This document shows, in pieces, positions 8,117-18,441 of a DNA stretch of 64,000 nt. Position 1 is the stretch's first letter, and every line of letters starts with the position of its first letter. Source of the stretch: Candidatus Rokuibacteriota bacterium (GTDB lineage Bacteria > Methylomirabilota > Methylomirabilia > Rokubacteriales > CSP1-6). The stretch is from contig QHSQ01000103.1 in assembly GCA_003221615.1 (NCBI GenBank), positions 14,153 through 78,152 on the forward strand, given 5' to 3'. Under the pieces are notes generated by a model. That model did no database searches. It saw only the letters and a list, made by a program, of their open reading frames with translations, and had not been told where the DNA came from. Made by a program: the position numbers and the translations under genes.

Positions 8117-10124
8117 CGGCGGTCAGCGGACCCGGTCGCAGATCGTAGAGGCGCATGCCGCCGCGGCGGCCGCCGAGCGCGCTCGAGCGCCAGAGAGCCG
8201 GGTCCACGAGCTGCCCTCTCTCCTGAACCCAGTCGGTGATGGGCCGCGCCGCCACGTCGGCGCCGAGGCGGCGGCTGATGAACGGCGCGTCGCCGACCAT
8301 CACGAAGCGGATCTGCTTGGCTTCGACCATCCGGGCGAGCGTGGCGGGCGTCAGGATCGGATCGAGCCCGTGGAAGCCGCCCATCGCCATCACCGGGTGC
8401 CCGAAGCTGATGATGATCGGCGCCGCGAGCCGGGTCGTGGTGGTGGCGAGCAGATAGCGTTCGCCCGCGTGATTCGCCTCGAGGAACGCGACGAGCCCCG
8501 AGGGGTCGTACGGCTCGACCGGTCGAATCCGCTGGGGCGTCTCGCCCGCGACGGGAACGAGTCGACCGAGATCCGCCGACGGAATCGCGCCGGCGCCGGG
8601 CACCAGCACGCTGCTCAGCGCCCACGCCGATGGGACCACGAGCAGCGCGGCGAGCCCGATCGTGACCGCGCCGGCGGCGAGGGCACGCGCCGAGGGGCCC
8701 GCCTGCCCAAGCGGGCCCAGCGGTCGTGACGCGAGAATCACCAGCAGCACGCCCGCTGAAAGGAGCGTGCCGCCCATGAGAGCCAGGTGCAACGGATGGT
8801 ACTCGCCGAGCCGCCAGCCCATTGCGCTCGCCTCGATGTAGAGCTGCCACGCGGCCGTCAGCAGAAGACACCCGGGCAGCAAGAGGGCGCGCCAGCCTCC
8901 ACGCAGATAGAATTCGCATGAGCGTACGAGTCCGATCCCGGCGAGAGCCGCGAGCGGTGGCGCCATCGTGGCCAGGTAATAGAAGTGAGAGAAGCCACCG
9001 GCGTAGCTGTAGATCACGGCATAGGTGACGAGCCAGCCGAGCCACAGGAGCACCGCGAGGTGCGTCCGGAACAGCGGCCCGCCGATTCTCCCACATCCCG
9101 CGCCGGACGCGAGCCCCGCGATGGCGAGCGGGAGGAGCCAACCGACCTGACCGGCCAGCTGACCGTCGGCGAGCCTCAGGGCTCCCGCCGGCGCGCGTAC
9201 GAAGAGTCGCGACAGGCCGCGGCGGGGTCCCGTCTCGAGCGTACGACTCGCGTCGCTCGCCGCCTCCATCGTGGAGCGCAGGGGTGGCGGAGTCACCGAG
9301 GCGGTCGCGGCGCTCCTGAACTCGGGTGCCCGAACGAATCGCCCCATGCCGTAGGGACCGACCACGAGCTCGAGCATCGAGTTCTTGTCGCTGGTGCCGG
9401 CGTACGGCCGCCGCTCCGGCGGCGTCAGGTCGTACGCGAGCACCCAGCTCAGCGACACCGCAGCCAGGACGACTCCCGCCACCGCGAGGTGGCCGATCCG
9501 GCGCCACCAGCCGAGCGGCGCGCCCACGAAGTAGACCAGCGCGAAGGTCGGGAGGACGACGAAGGCGGCCAGCATCTTCACGTTGAATGCGAGACCGATC
9601 AGCGCCATGGCGAGCACGAGCAGCGGCCAGCTGCCCTTTTCGACCGCGTGGGTCAGCGCCCAGGCCGCCAGGAGAAGGACCAGCACCAGACAGCTGTCGG
9701 TGTTGCTCGAGCGATCGATCGCGACGCTGACCGGCGTGAGCGCGAGGAAGAGAGCGGCCAGCAAGCCGGCGACGGGCCCGAAGCGGCGCTCGACCAGGTG
9801 GTAGAGAAGGGCGACCGCGGCGACGCCCTCCAGAGCCTGGGGGATCAGCACGCTGAGCGCGTGAAAGCCGAAGAGCTTGACGCTCGCCACCTGGATCCAG
9901 AGCGCAACCGGCGGCTTGTCCACGGAGATGAACCCGGCCGGGTCGAAGGCGTTGTAGAAGAAGTTATGCCAGCTGAGGCTCATGCTCCGGACCCCGGCCG
10001 TGTAGTACTCATTTCCGAAGCCGTTCTGGCTCAGGCGCCAGAGCCGGAGCGCCGCCGCCGCGGCGAGCACCGCGAACAGCCCCAGCCTCAGCGACCGGCG
10101 CCAGATCGGCTTCACGTTGTCCAT
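8106..10124 (-). CDS. glycosyltransferase family 39 (ArnT/PMT-like) polytopic membrane protein
   Basis: 672 aa. The N-terminus (RLWRLSQNGFGNEYYTAGVRSMSLSWHNFFYNAFDPAGFISVDKPPVALW) and more than 10 TM segments are typical of GT39/PMT_2 proteins. Confidence 0.8.
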   Translation of the reverse strand: MDNVKPIWRRSLRLGLFAVLAAAAALRLWRLSQNGFGNEYYTAGVRSMSLSWHNFFYNAFDPAGFISVDKPPVALWIQVASVKLFGFHALSVLIPQALEGVAAVALLYHLVERRFGPVAGLLAALFLALTPVSVAIDRSSNTDSCLVLVLLLAAWALTHAVEKGSWPLLVLAMALIGLAFNVKMLAAFVVLPTFALVYFVGAPLGWWRRIGHLAVAGVVLAAVSLSWVLAYDLTPPERRPYAGTSDKNSMLELVVGPYGMGRFVRAPEFRSAATASVTPPPLRSTMEAASDASRTLETGPRRGLSRLFVRAPAGALRLADGQLAGQVGWLLPLAIAGLASGAGCGRIGGPLFRTHLAVLLWLGWLVTYAVIYSYAGGFSHFYYLATMAPPLAALAGIGLVRSCEFYLRGGWRALLLPGCLLLTAAWQLYIEASAMGWRLGEYHPLHLALMGGTLLSAGVLLVILASRPLGPLGQAGPSARALAAGAVTIGLAALLVVPSAWALSSVLVPGAGAIPSADLGRLVPVAGETPQRIRPVEPYDPSGLVAFLEANHAGERYLLATTTTRLAAPIIISFGHPVMAMGGFHGLDPILTPATLARMVEAKQIRFVMVGDAPFISRRLGADVAARPITDWVQERGQLVDPALWRSSALGGRRGGMRLYDLRPGPLTAASP

Positions 10125-10167
10125 GGGCGGCCAGCAGGATACTAGGACGTCGGGTCGGTTGTCGCCG

Positions 10168-10197
10168 TTGACACGCCCGAGGAGCGCTCGTTACCAT
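10168..10197 (+). promoter_or_regulatory. promoter candidate TTGACA-N18-TACCAT upstream of SBP 10232
   Basis: Same conserved blocks as 4883-4910. The spacer length is not optimal. Confidence 0.4.
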
Positions 10198-10231
10198 CCG
10201 GCCACACTCGCTTGCCGGGGGACGCCAAGCC

Positions 10232-11869
10232 ATGGCCCGATCTCTCAATCGCCGAGCGTTCTTGAAGCGCGCCGGAGTCGCGTCGGCCGCTGTCGTGGGC
10301 GCTCCGTTGATCTCGTCGACTCGACCCGCCCGCGCCGCCGCCGGTCACCGCCTGGTCGTGGCCGTCGGCCAGTGGGGCACCGAGACTCCGTTCGCCTGGC
10401 GAACGGTTCAAGCCGAAAAGCCCCTGTGGGATTGCATCTACGATCCGCTCATCCAGCGAGACCCGAAGACGTTCGAGTACCGGCCGGGGCTCGCGACCGA
10501 ATGGAAGCCGTCGAACGAGCTCAAGACCTGGACCTTCAAGCTGCGCTCCGGCGTGAAGTTTCACGAGGGCTGGGGCGAGCTCACCGCCGAGGACGTGAAG
10601 TTCACGGTCGAGCAGAATCTCAAGCCGGACGCCGGCGGCGGCTCGTCGCCGTTCTTCCGCATGCAGCTCGACCGCATCGAGACGCCCGACAAGCTCACGG
10701 TCGTCATGCACTTCAAGAATCGCGTGTGGGAGGTGCCCTCACTCTTCACGCAGTTCGTCGGCTACCAGAACATCGTCCCAAAAAAATATCTGGAAACGGC
10801 CGGCGAGGAGAAGGCGGCGCTCCACCCGATCGGCACCGGGCCGTATCGCCACCTCGAGGGCCGGCAAGGCGACTTCCACCGGTTCGAGGCGGTCGCGAAC
10901 CACTGGCGCAAGACGCCCGATTTCAAGGAGCTGGTGATTCGCAGGATCCCCGATCCGGCCACGCGGCTCACGGGCCTGCGCGCCGGCGAGATCGACATCG
11001 GCATCGTCTTCGGCGACTACCTGGACCAGGCCGCGAAGTCGGGCCTTCGTCTGCACGACGCGACGAATGCCGCTTGCTACTGGGTGATCCTGAGCGGCCA
11101 GACGACGTCCGACAAGGAAGACTATTGTCCGGCGTGTCCCTGGGCCGGCGACAACAACGATCCGAAGAGCCGCGAGAACGCGCGCAAGGTTCGGCTGGCG
11201 ATGAACCTCGCCGTCAACAAGAAGGCGATCATCAGTGCCTTGTGGAAGGGCAAGGGGTCCGAGACGCCGTTCTCGTACTACTACTATCCGTTCCACAAGG
11301 GCTACCGTGCCGACTGGAAGATCCCGCCCTACGATCCCGAGCGCGCGAAGAAGCTCCTCGCCGAGGCCGGCTACGCGGGCGGCTTCGAGGTGCGGGTGAA
11401 CCCGATGGTGATGGTCTACGCCCTCGACGGGCCGGACATCATGGAAGCAGTCGCGCTCGACTGGGAGAAGGTGGGGATCAAGCCCAAGCGCTTCCCGGAG
11501 ATGACCAGCACGTTCGGGCCCAAGAGCCGCAACCGCAAGACGAACAAGACCCACTGGGTGTACGGCTCGCCGCCGTTCGACGAACCCGTCCTGGCCTGGA
11601 ACCGCATCATCCACTCGAAGGGCGCATTCAACCTCGTCGCCGAGGGCCCGTTCGACGAGGACATCGACACGATCATGAAGGAGTTCGACGTCGCCAAGCG
11701 GGCGACGCTCACGAGCGCGCTCGGGCAGAAGCTCTACGACGGCTACTACGGCGTGATGCTCGGCATGAAGTCGATCACCTGGGCGATGACCAGGAAGGTC
11801 GGCGGCTGGCAGTCGCTCGCGTACGTGCCGCTCGAGAACAATTACGAGTACGTGAGCCCCGCGAGCTAG
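10232..11869 (+). CDS. ABC transporter substrate-binding protein, family 5, Tat-like signal; first gene of the Dpp-like operon
   Basis: 545 aa with signal LNRRAFLKRAGVASAAVVGAP. It is a paralog of 4951-6576 and shares the DYCPxCPWAGD motif. Confidence 0.85.
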   Translation: MARSLNRRAFLKRAGVASAAVVGAPLISSTRPARAAAGHRLVVAVGQWGTETPFAWRTVQAEKPLWDCIYDPLIQRDPKTFEYRPGLATEWKPSNELKTWTFKLRSGVKFHEGWGELTAEDVKFTVEQNLKPDAGGGSSPFFRMQLDRIETPDKLTVVMHFKNRVWEVPSLFTQFVGYQNIVPKKYLETAGEEKAALHPIGTGPYRHLEGRQGDFHRFEAVANHWRKTPDFKELVIRRIPDPATRLTGLRAGEIDIGIVFGDYLDQAAKSGLRLHDATNAACYWVILSGQTTSDKEDYCPACPWAGDNNDPKSRENARKVRLAMNLAVNKKAIISALWKGKGSETPFSYYYYPFHKGYRADWKIPPYDPERAKKLLAEAGYAGGFEVRVNPMVMVYALDGPDIMEAVALDWEKVGIKPKRFPEMTSTFGPKSRNRKTNKTHWVYGSPPFDEPVLAWNRIIHSKGAFNLVAEGPFDEDIDTIMKEFDVAKRATLTSALGQKLYDGYYGVMLGMKSITWAMTRKVGGWQSLAYVPLENNYEYVSPAS

Positions 11870-11876
11870 GGCGGCG

Positions 11877-13046
11877 ATGCAGCGCAGCACCGACCGGATC
11901 CTGACGACTCACGCGGGAAGCCTGCCGCGCCCGGGCGACTTGCTCGAGCTGATCCAGGCCAAGGCCACCGGCCGACCCTACGACCAGGAGGCCTTCGCCT
12001 CGCGGGTCAAGCGCGCGGTGGGCGAGATCGTCCGCAAGCAGACCGAGCTCGGCGTCGACGTCGTGGACGACGGCGAGATGGGCAAGCCCGGCTTCATTCC
12101 CTACGTCAACGAGCGCCTCACCGGCTTCGAGCCCGATCCGGAAGGCCGGGGGAGTCCGTGGAGCGGCTCGCGCGAGGTCCGCGCGTTTCCCGAGTTTTAC
12201 GAGTGGTTCTCGCGCGCGATGCCGAGCCCCGCCGTGCGCTCGCTGCACATGCTGTGCACCGGCCCGGTGACCTACAAGGGTCACCAGCACGTTCAGGCGG
12301 ACATCGAGAACCTCAAGACCGCGCTCGCGGCGACCGGCGCCGCGGAGGCCTTCATCCCCGCGATCTCCCCGACGAGCGTCGAGGACTGGCAGCGCAACGC
12401 CTACTATAAGACCGACGAGGACTATCTCTTCGCGATCGCCGACGCGATGCACGAGGAGTACAAGGCGATCGTCGACGCGGGGTTCCTCGTGCAGATCGAC
12501 GATCCGCATCTGGCGACCCACTACGTGTCGCGGCCCGAGCTGAGCGTCGATCAGGTCCGTCGCTGGGCGGAGGTGCGCGTGGAGGCGCTCAACCACGCGC
12601 TGCGTGGGCTCCCGCTCGAGCGCGTCCGCTGGCACACCTGCTATGGCATCAACATCGGCCCGCGCGTCCACGACCTCGAGCTCAAGCACTTCGTCGACGT
12701 CATGCTGAAGATCCGCGCCGGCGCCTACTCGTTCGAGGCCGCGAACCCGCGGCACGAGCACGAGTGGCGGGTGTGGGAGCACGTGAAGCTCCCCGAAGGG
12801 GCCGTGCTGATCCCCGGGACGATCACGCAGTCGACTGTGCTCGTCGAGCACCCCGAGCTGATCGCCGAGCGCATCGGCCGGTTCGCCCGCGCCGTCGGGC
12901 GAGAGCACGTCATCGCCGGCGCCGATTGCGGATTCGCGACGTTCGCCGGCTCGACCGAGATCCATCCGAGCGTGGTCTGGGCCAAGTTCGAGGCGCTGGT
13001 CGAGGGCGCGCGGATCGCCACCAGAGAGCTCTGGGGGCGCGGCTGA
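11877..13046 (+). CDS. cobalamin-independent methionine synthase II (MetE C-terminal-like) family protein
   Basis: 389 aa. ILTTHAGSLPRP...ELGVDVVDDGEMGKPGF and the overall length match the Meth_synt_2-type family. Confidence 0.7.
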   Translation: MQRSTDRILTTHAGSLPRPGDLLELIQAKATGRPYDQEAFASRVKRAVGEIVRKQTELGVDVVDDGEMGKPGFIPYVNERLTGFEPDPEGRGSPWSGSREVRAFPEFYEWFSRAMPSPAVRSLHMLCTGPVTYKGHQHVQADIENLKTALAATGAAEAFIPAISPTSVEDWQRNAYYKTDEDYLFAIADAMHEEYKAIVDAGFLVQIDDPHLATHYVSRPELSVDQVRRWAEVRVEALNHALRGLPLERVRWHTCYGINIGPRVHDLELKHFVDVMLKIRAGAYSFEAANPRHEHEWRVWEHVKLPEGAVLIPGTITQSTVLVEHPELIAERIGRFARAVGREHVIAGADCGFATFAGSTEIHPSVVWAKFEALVEGARIATRELWGRG

Positions 13047-13047
13047 G

Positions 13048-13392
13048 ATGGCCGAGCCCGGTCGTCCGCCGGCGGCGCTTCGCAGCGACGACATCGGCTG
13101 GCGCGCGCTCGCGACGCGCGGCGCGTCGGTCAAGGTGCTCCGCCACGACAAGGAAACCGGCGGCTCCACGTCGCTCGTCCGATTCGAGGCCGGCACGCGC
13201 TTTCCCGTCCACAACCATCCGGCCGGCGAGGAGATCTTCGTCGTCGAGGGCGATCTGCAGGTCGGGCGCGAGCACTTGAAGGCGGGCGACTATCTGTACA
13301 CACCCCCCGATGTCAAACACGCGGCGTCGAGCGAGGGCGGCTGCGTTTTCCTCGTGACCTTGCCCAAGCCCGTCGAGTTCGTCGAGCGCTGA
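13048..13392 (+). CDS. cupin domain protein
   Basis: 114 aa. The cupin motifs FPVHNHPAGEEIFVVEGDL and YLYTPPDVKH are present. It starts 2 nt after the upstream stop. Confidence 0.65.
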   Translation: MAEPGRPPAALRSDDIGWRALATRGASVKVLRHDKETGGSTSLVRFEAGTRFPVHNHPAGEEIFVVEGDLQVGREHLKAGDYLYTPPDVKHAASSEGGCVFLVTLPKPVEFVER

Positions 13393-13397
13393 GGCGC

Positions 13398-14318
13398 ATG
13401 CAGCGTTTCATCATCGGACGCGTGATCCAGTCGATCGTCTCGATGTTCGTGGTGTCGGTGGTGGTCTTCGCGCTCGTGCGGCTCTCCGGCGACCCGATCC
13501 AGATCATGATGCCGGCGGAAGCGTCGAAGGCGGACATCGAGCTCGTGCGCGCCCACCTCGGCCTGGATCGCCCGTGGACCGTCCAGTACTGGCGCTTCCT
13601 GACCCAGGCGCTTCAGGGAGATTTCGGCCGCTCCGTTCGCTTCCGCCGTCCGGCCCTCGACTTGGTGGCCGAGCGCTACGGGGCCACGCTCGAGCTCGGT
13701 GGCCTCGCCGTGCTGATCGTGATCGCGGTGGCGCTGCCGGTCGGCGTGTACTCCGCCGTGCGCCGCGGCAGCCCGCTCGACTACGCCGCCCGGGCCTTCG
13801 CCGCGCTCGGCCAGGCGGTGCCGCCGTTCTGGCTCGGGTTGGTCCTCGTGCTGATCTTCGGCGTGATGCTCCATCTGCTGCCGACGTCCGGCCGCGGCAC
13901 GCCGCTGCACGTGCTCTTGCCGGGGATCACGCTCGGCTGGTTCGCGGTCGCCGGGCTCATGCGGCTCACCCGCTCGTCGATGCTCGACGTCCTCGGTAGC
14001 GAATACGTCAAGCTCGCGCGCATCAAGGGGCTGCCGGAGCGCCGGGTGATCTGGCGCCACGCCTTCAAGAACGCCGCGCTGCCGGTGGTGACGTTCGCGG
14101 CCCTCCTGTTCGTGGCGCTCCTGAACGGCTCGATCATCGTCGAGACCGTGTTCGGCTGGCCCGGGCTCGGCCTGCTCGTGATCGAGGCGGTCGACTCGCG
14201 CGACTACCCGATCGTACAGACGGTCGTCCTGTTCCTATCGGCGATGTACATCGGCGTGAATCTGCTGGTCGATATCCTCTATGCGTACCTCAACCCGAAG
14301 ATCCGGTACTCGCGATGA
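13398..14318 (+). CDS. ABC transporter permease (DppB/OppB-like)
   Basis: 306 aa. The N-terminus MQRFIIGRVIQSIVSMFVVSVVVFALVRLSGDP and the C-terminus YAYLNPKIRY are classic DppB/OppB features. Confidence 0.9.
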   Translation: MQRFIIGRVIQSIVSMFVVSVVVFALVRLSGDPIQIMMPAEASKADIELVRAHLGLDRPWTVQYWRFLTQALQGDFGRSVRFRRPALDLVAERYGATLELGGLAVLIVIAVALPVGVYSAVRRGSPLDYAARAFAALGQAVPPFWLGLVLVLIFGVMLHLLPTSGRGTPLHVLLPGITLGWFAVAGLMRLTRSSMLDVLGSEYVKLARIKGLPERRVIWRHAFKNAALPVVTFAALLFVALLNGSIIVETVFGWPGLGLLVIEAVDSRDYPIVQTVVLFLSAMYIGVNLLVDILYAYLNPKIRYSR

Positions 14319-15193
14319 GCGGCGCCGCCGCGACCGAGACCGCGGTCCTCCAGCGACGCGCCCGAGAGCGCCGCTGGCCGCCCGTGGTCCCGCTTGCGGT
14401 CGTCGTCACGCTCGTGCTGTGCGCGCTGCTGGCGCCCGTGCTGGCGCCGCACTCGCCGGTCGAGGGCTCGCTCGGCGATCGTCTGGCGCCGCCGATCGGG
14501 CTCGAGGGCGCCAAGCCCGGCCATCTCCTCGGCACGGATCGCCACGGCCGCGACACCTTGAGCCGCCTGCTCCACGGCGCGAGGATCTCGCTGGCGGTCT
14601 CGGTCGTCGGCATCACCTTGACGGGCGCGGCGGGCAGCCTCATCGGCCTCCTCGCCGGGTTCTTCGGCGGCTGGGTCGACACGGTGCTGATGCGCCTGGC
14701 CGACATCTCGCTCTCGCTCCCGGGCATCCTGATCGCCGTGCTGCTCTCGGTGGTCTTCGAGCCCTCGTTCACGAACGTGATCATCGTCGTGGTCTTTCTC
14801 TTGTGGCCGAGCTACGCGCGGCTCACGCGCGGCGAGACGCTCGGCATCAAGCAGCAGGAGTTCGTGTCGCTGGCGCGCATCGCCGGCTGCTCGAACGCGA
14901 GGATCATGTTCCGCCACATCTTGCCGAACCTGGCGCCGTCGATCCTCGTGCTGGCCACCTTGCACGTCGGCTACGTCATCGTGCTCGAGGCCGCGCTCTC
15001 GTTCCTGGGCGTCGGCATCCCGCCGCCGACGCCGTCGTGGGGCGTGATGGTGGCCGACGGTCGCGGGCTGATCGAGCAGGCCTGGTGGGTCTCGATCCTG
15101 CCGGGCATCGCGATCCTGATCACGGTGCTCTCGCTGAACATCCTCGGCGACTGGGTCCGCGACCGGCTCGATCCGAAGCTCCGGCAGGTCTGA
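14315..15193 (+). CDS. ABC transporter permease (DppC/OppC-like)
   Basis: 292 aa. ATGA overlap with the upstream permease. LGTDRHGRDTLSRLLHGARISL and DPKLR are typical motifs. Confidence 0.9.
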   Translation: MSGAAATETAVLQRRARERRWPPVVPLAVVVTLVLCALLAPVLAPHSPVEGSLGDRLAPPIGLEGAKPGHLLGTDRHGRDTLSRLLHGARISLAVSVVGITLTGAAGSLIGLLAGFFGGWVDTVLMRLADISLSLPGILIAVLLSVVFEPSFTNVIIVVVFLLWPSYARLTRGETLGIKQQEFVSLARIAGCSNARIMFRHILPNLAPSILVLATLHVGYVIVLEAALSFLGVGIPPPTPSWGVMVADGRGLIEQAWWVSILPGIAILITVLSLNILGDWVRDRLDPKLRQV

Positions 15194-15200
15194 GCCGGCC

Positions 15201-17200
<2,000 letters not shown>

Positions 17201-17213
<13 letters not shown>

Positions 17214-18385
17214 AGCCAGGCTGCGGGAACCTCGACGTAGGAGCGATCCAGCTCGCCGGCCGATGCGCAGCCCACGAGCTTGAGGGTGCGGACCAGGTCG
17301 GCACGAAGAATCTGAATGGCCCGCGCGACTCCCGGCCCGCCGCCCGCGCCCAGCCCGTAGGCGTAGGCGCGGCCGCAGAGCACCGCGCGGGCCCCGAGAC
17401 ACAGCGCCTTGGCGACGTCGCTGCCCCGACGGATGCCGCCGTCCAGCAAGACCTCGGCGCGGCCATTCGCGGCGCCGACGACCTCCGGTAGCGCTCGCAA
17501 CGTCGCGGAGACCCCGTCGAGCTGGCGGCCGCCGTGGTTGGACACCACGAGCGCCTCGGCACCCTCGTCGATGGCCCGGCGCGCATCGTCGCCCGTCAGC
17601 ACACCCTTGATGACGATCGGCCCCCTCCAGACGTCGCGGATCCAGCGAAGATCGGCCCAGGAGACCGTCGACTGCTCGAGCGCGGCGGCGACGTCGGCAT
17701 ACGGCATCGGGCCTTGCCCGGGGATCACCACATTGGGGAACGACATCAACCCGCCGTCGGACAGAAAGCCGGCGAGCCAGCGGGGCCGCGCCAGGAACTG
17801 TGGCAGGAAGGGAAGCCTCGCCCAGGTGCTCGGACCCAGGAGCTCCTTCGTACCATTGCGCACGTCACGCTCGCGCAGCCCCGAGACCGCGGTGTCGATC
17901 GTCACCGCGAGCGCCGAGAAGCCCGCGAGCCGAGCCCGCTCGATCGTGGCGCCGGCGACCTCGCGACCGCCGACCAGATAGAGCTGGTACCAGACGGGTC
18001 CGATCGACGCCGCCTTGACGTCTTCGAGCCTGCAGCCCGACAGGGTCGAGAGAATGTAGGCGGTTCCCGCGGCGCCGGCGGCCCGGGCGGCCGCCTCCTC
18101 GCCGCGCGGGTAGAACATGCGGCTGCTCCCGACCGGCGCCAGGAGAAACGGAAGCTCCAGGCGTCGCCCCAGCACGGTCACGTGGAGATCGCACTCGGGA
18201 ATCGCGACCGCGTTCCGAGGTCGGAGGATCACGTCGTCGTAGACCCGGCAGTTCTCCCGCAGCGTGAGCTCCGCGTCGGCGCCGCCGTCGATGTAGTCGA
18301 ACACCGCGCGAGGCAACCGGCGCTCGGCCAGGCGGCGGAGATCGGAGATGTTGACGACGCGAGGCGAATCGACCGCGTATGGCAT
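17201..18385 (-). CDS. FMN-dependent alpha-hydroxy acid dehydrogenase/oxidase (LldD/glycolate oxidase family)
   Basis: Motifs FDYIDGGA, VWYQLY, SNHGGRQLD and DGGIRRGSD. The ATG at 18385 gives a typical N-terminus. An alternative GTG at 18442 overlaps the upstream stop by 1 nt. Confidence 0.85.
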
Positions 18386-18441
18386 GTCTGGGCGAGATTC
18401 TAGCGCAGGATCAGATACCGAAGAGGTAGCGGCCAACGGCA

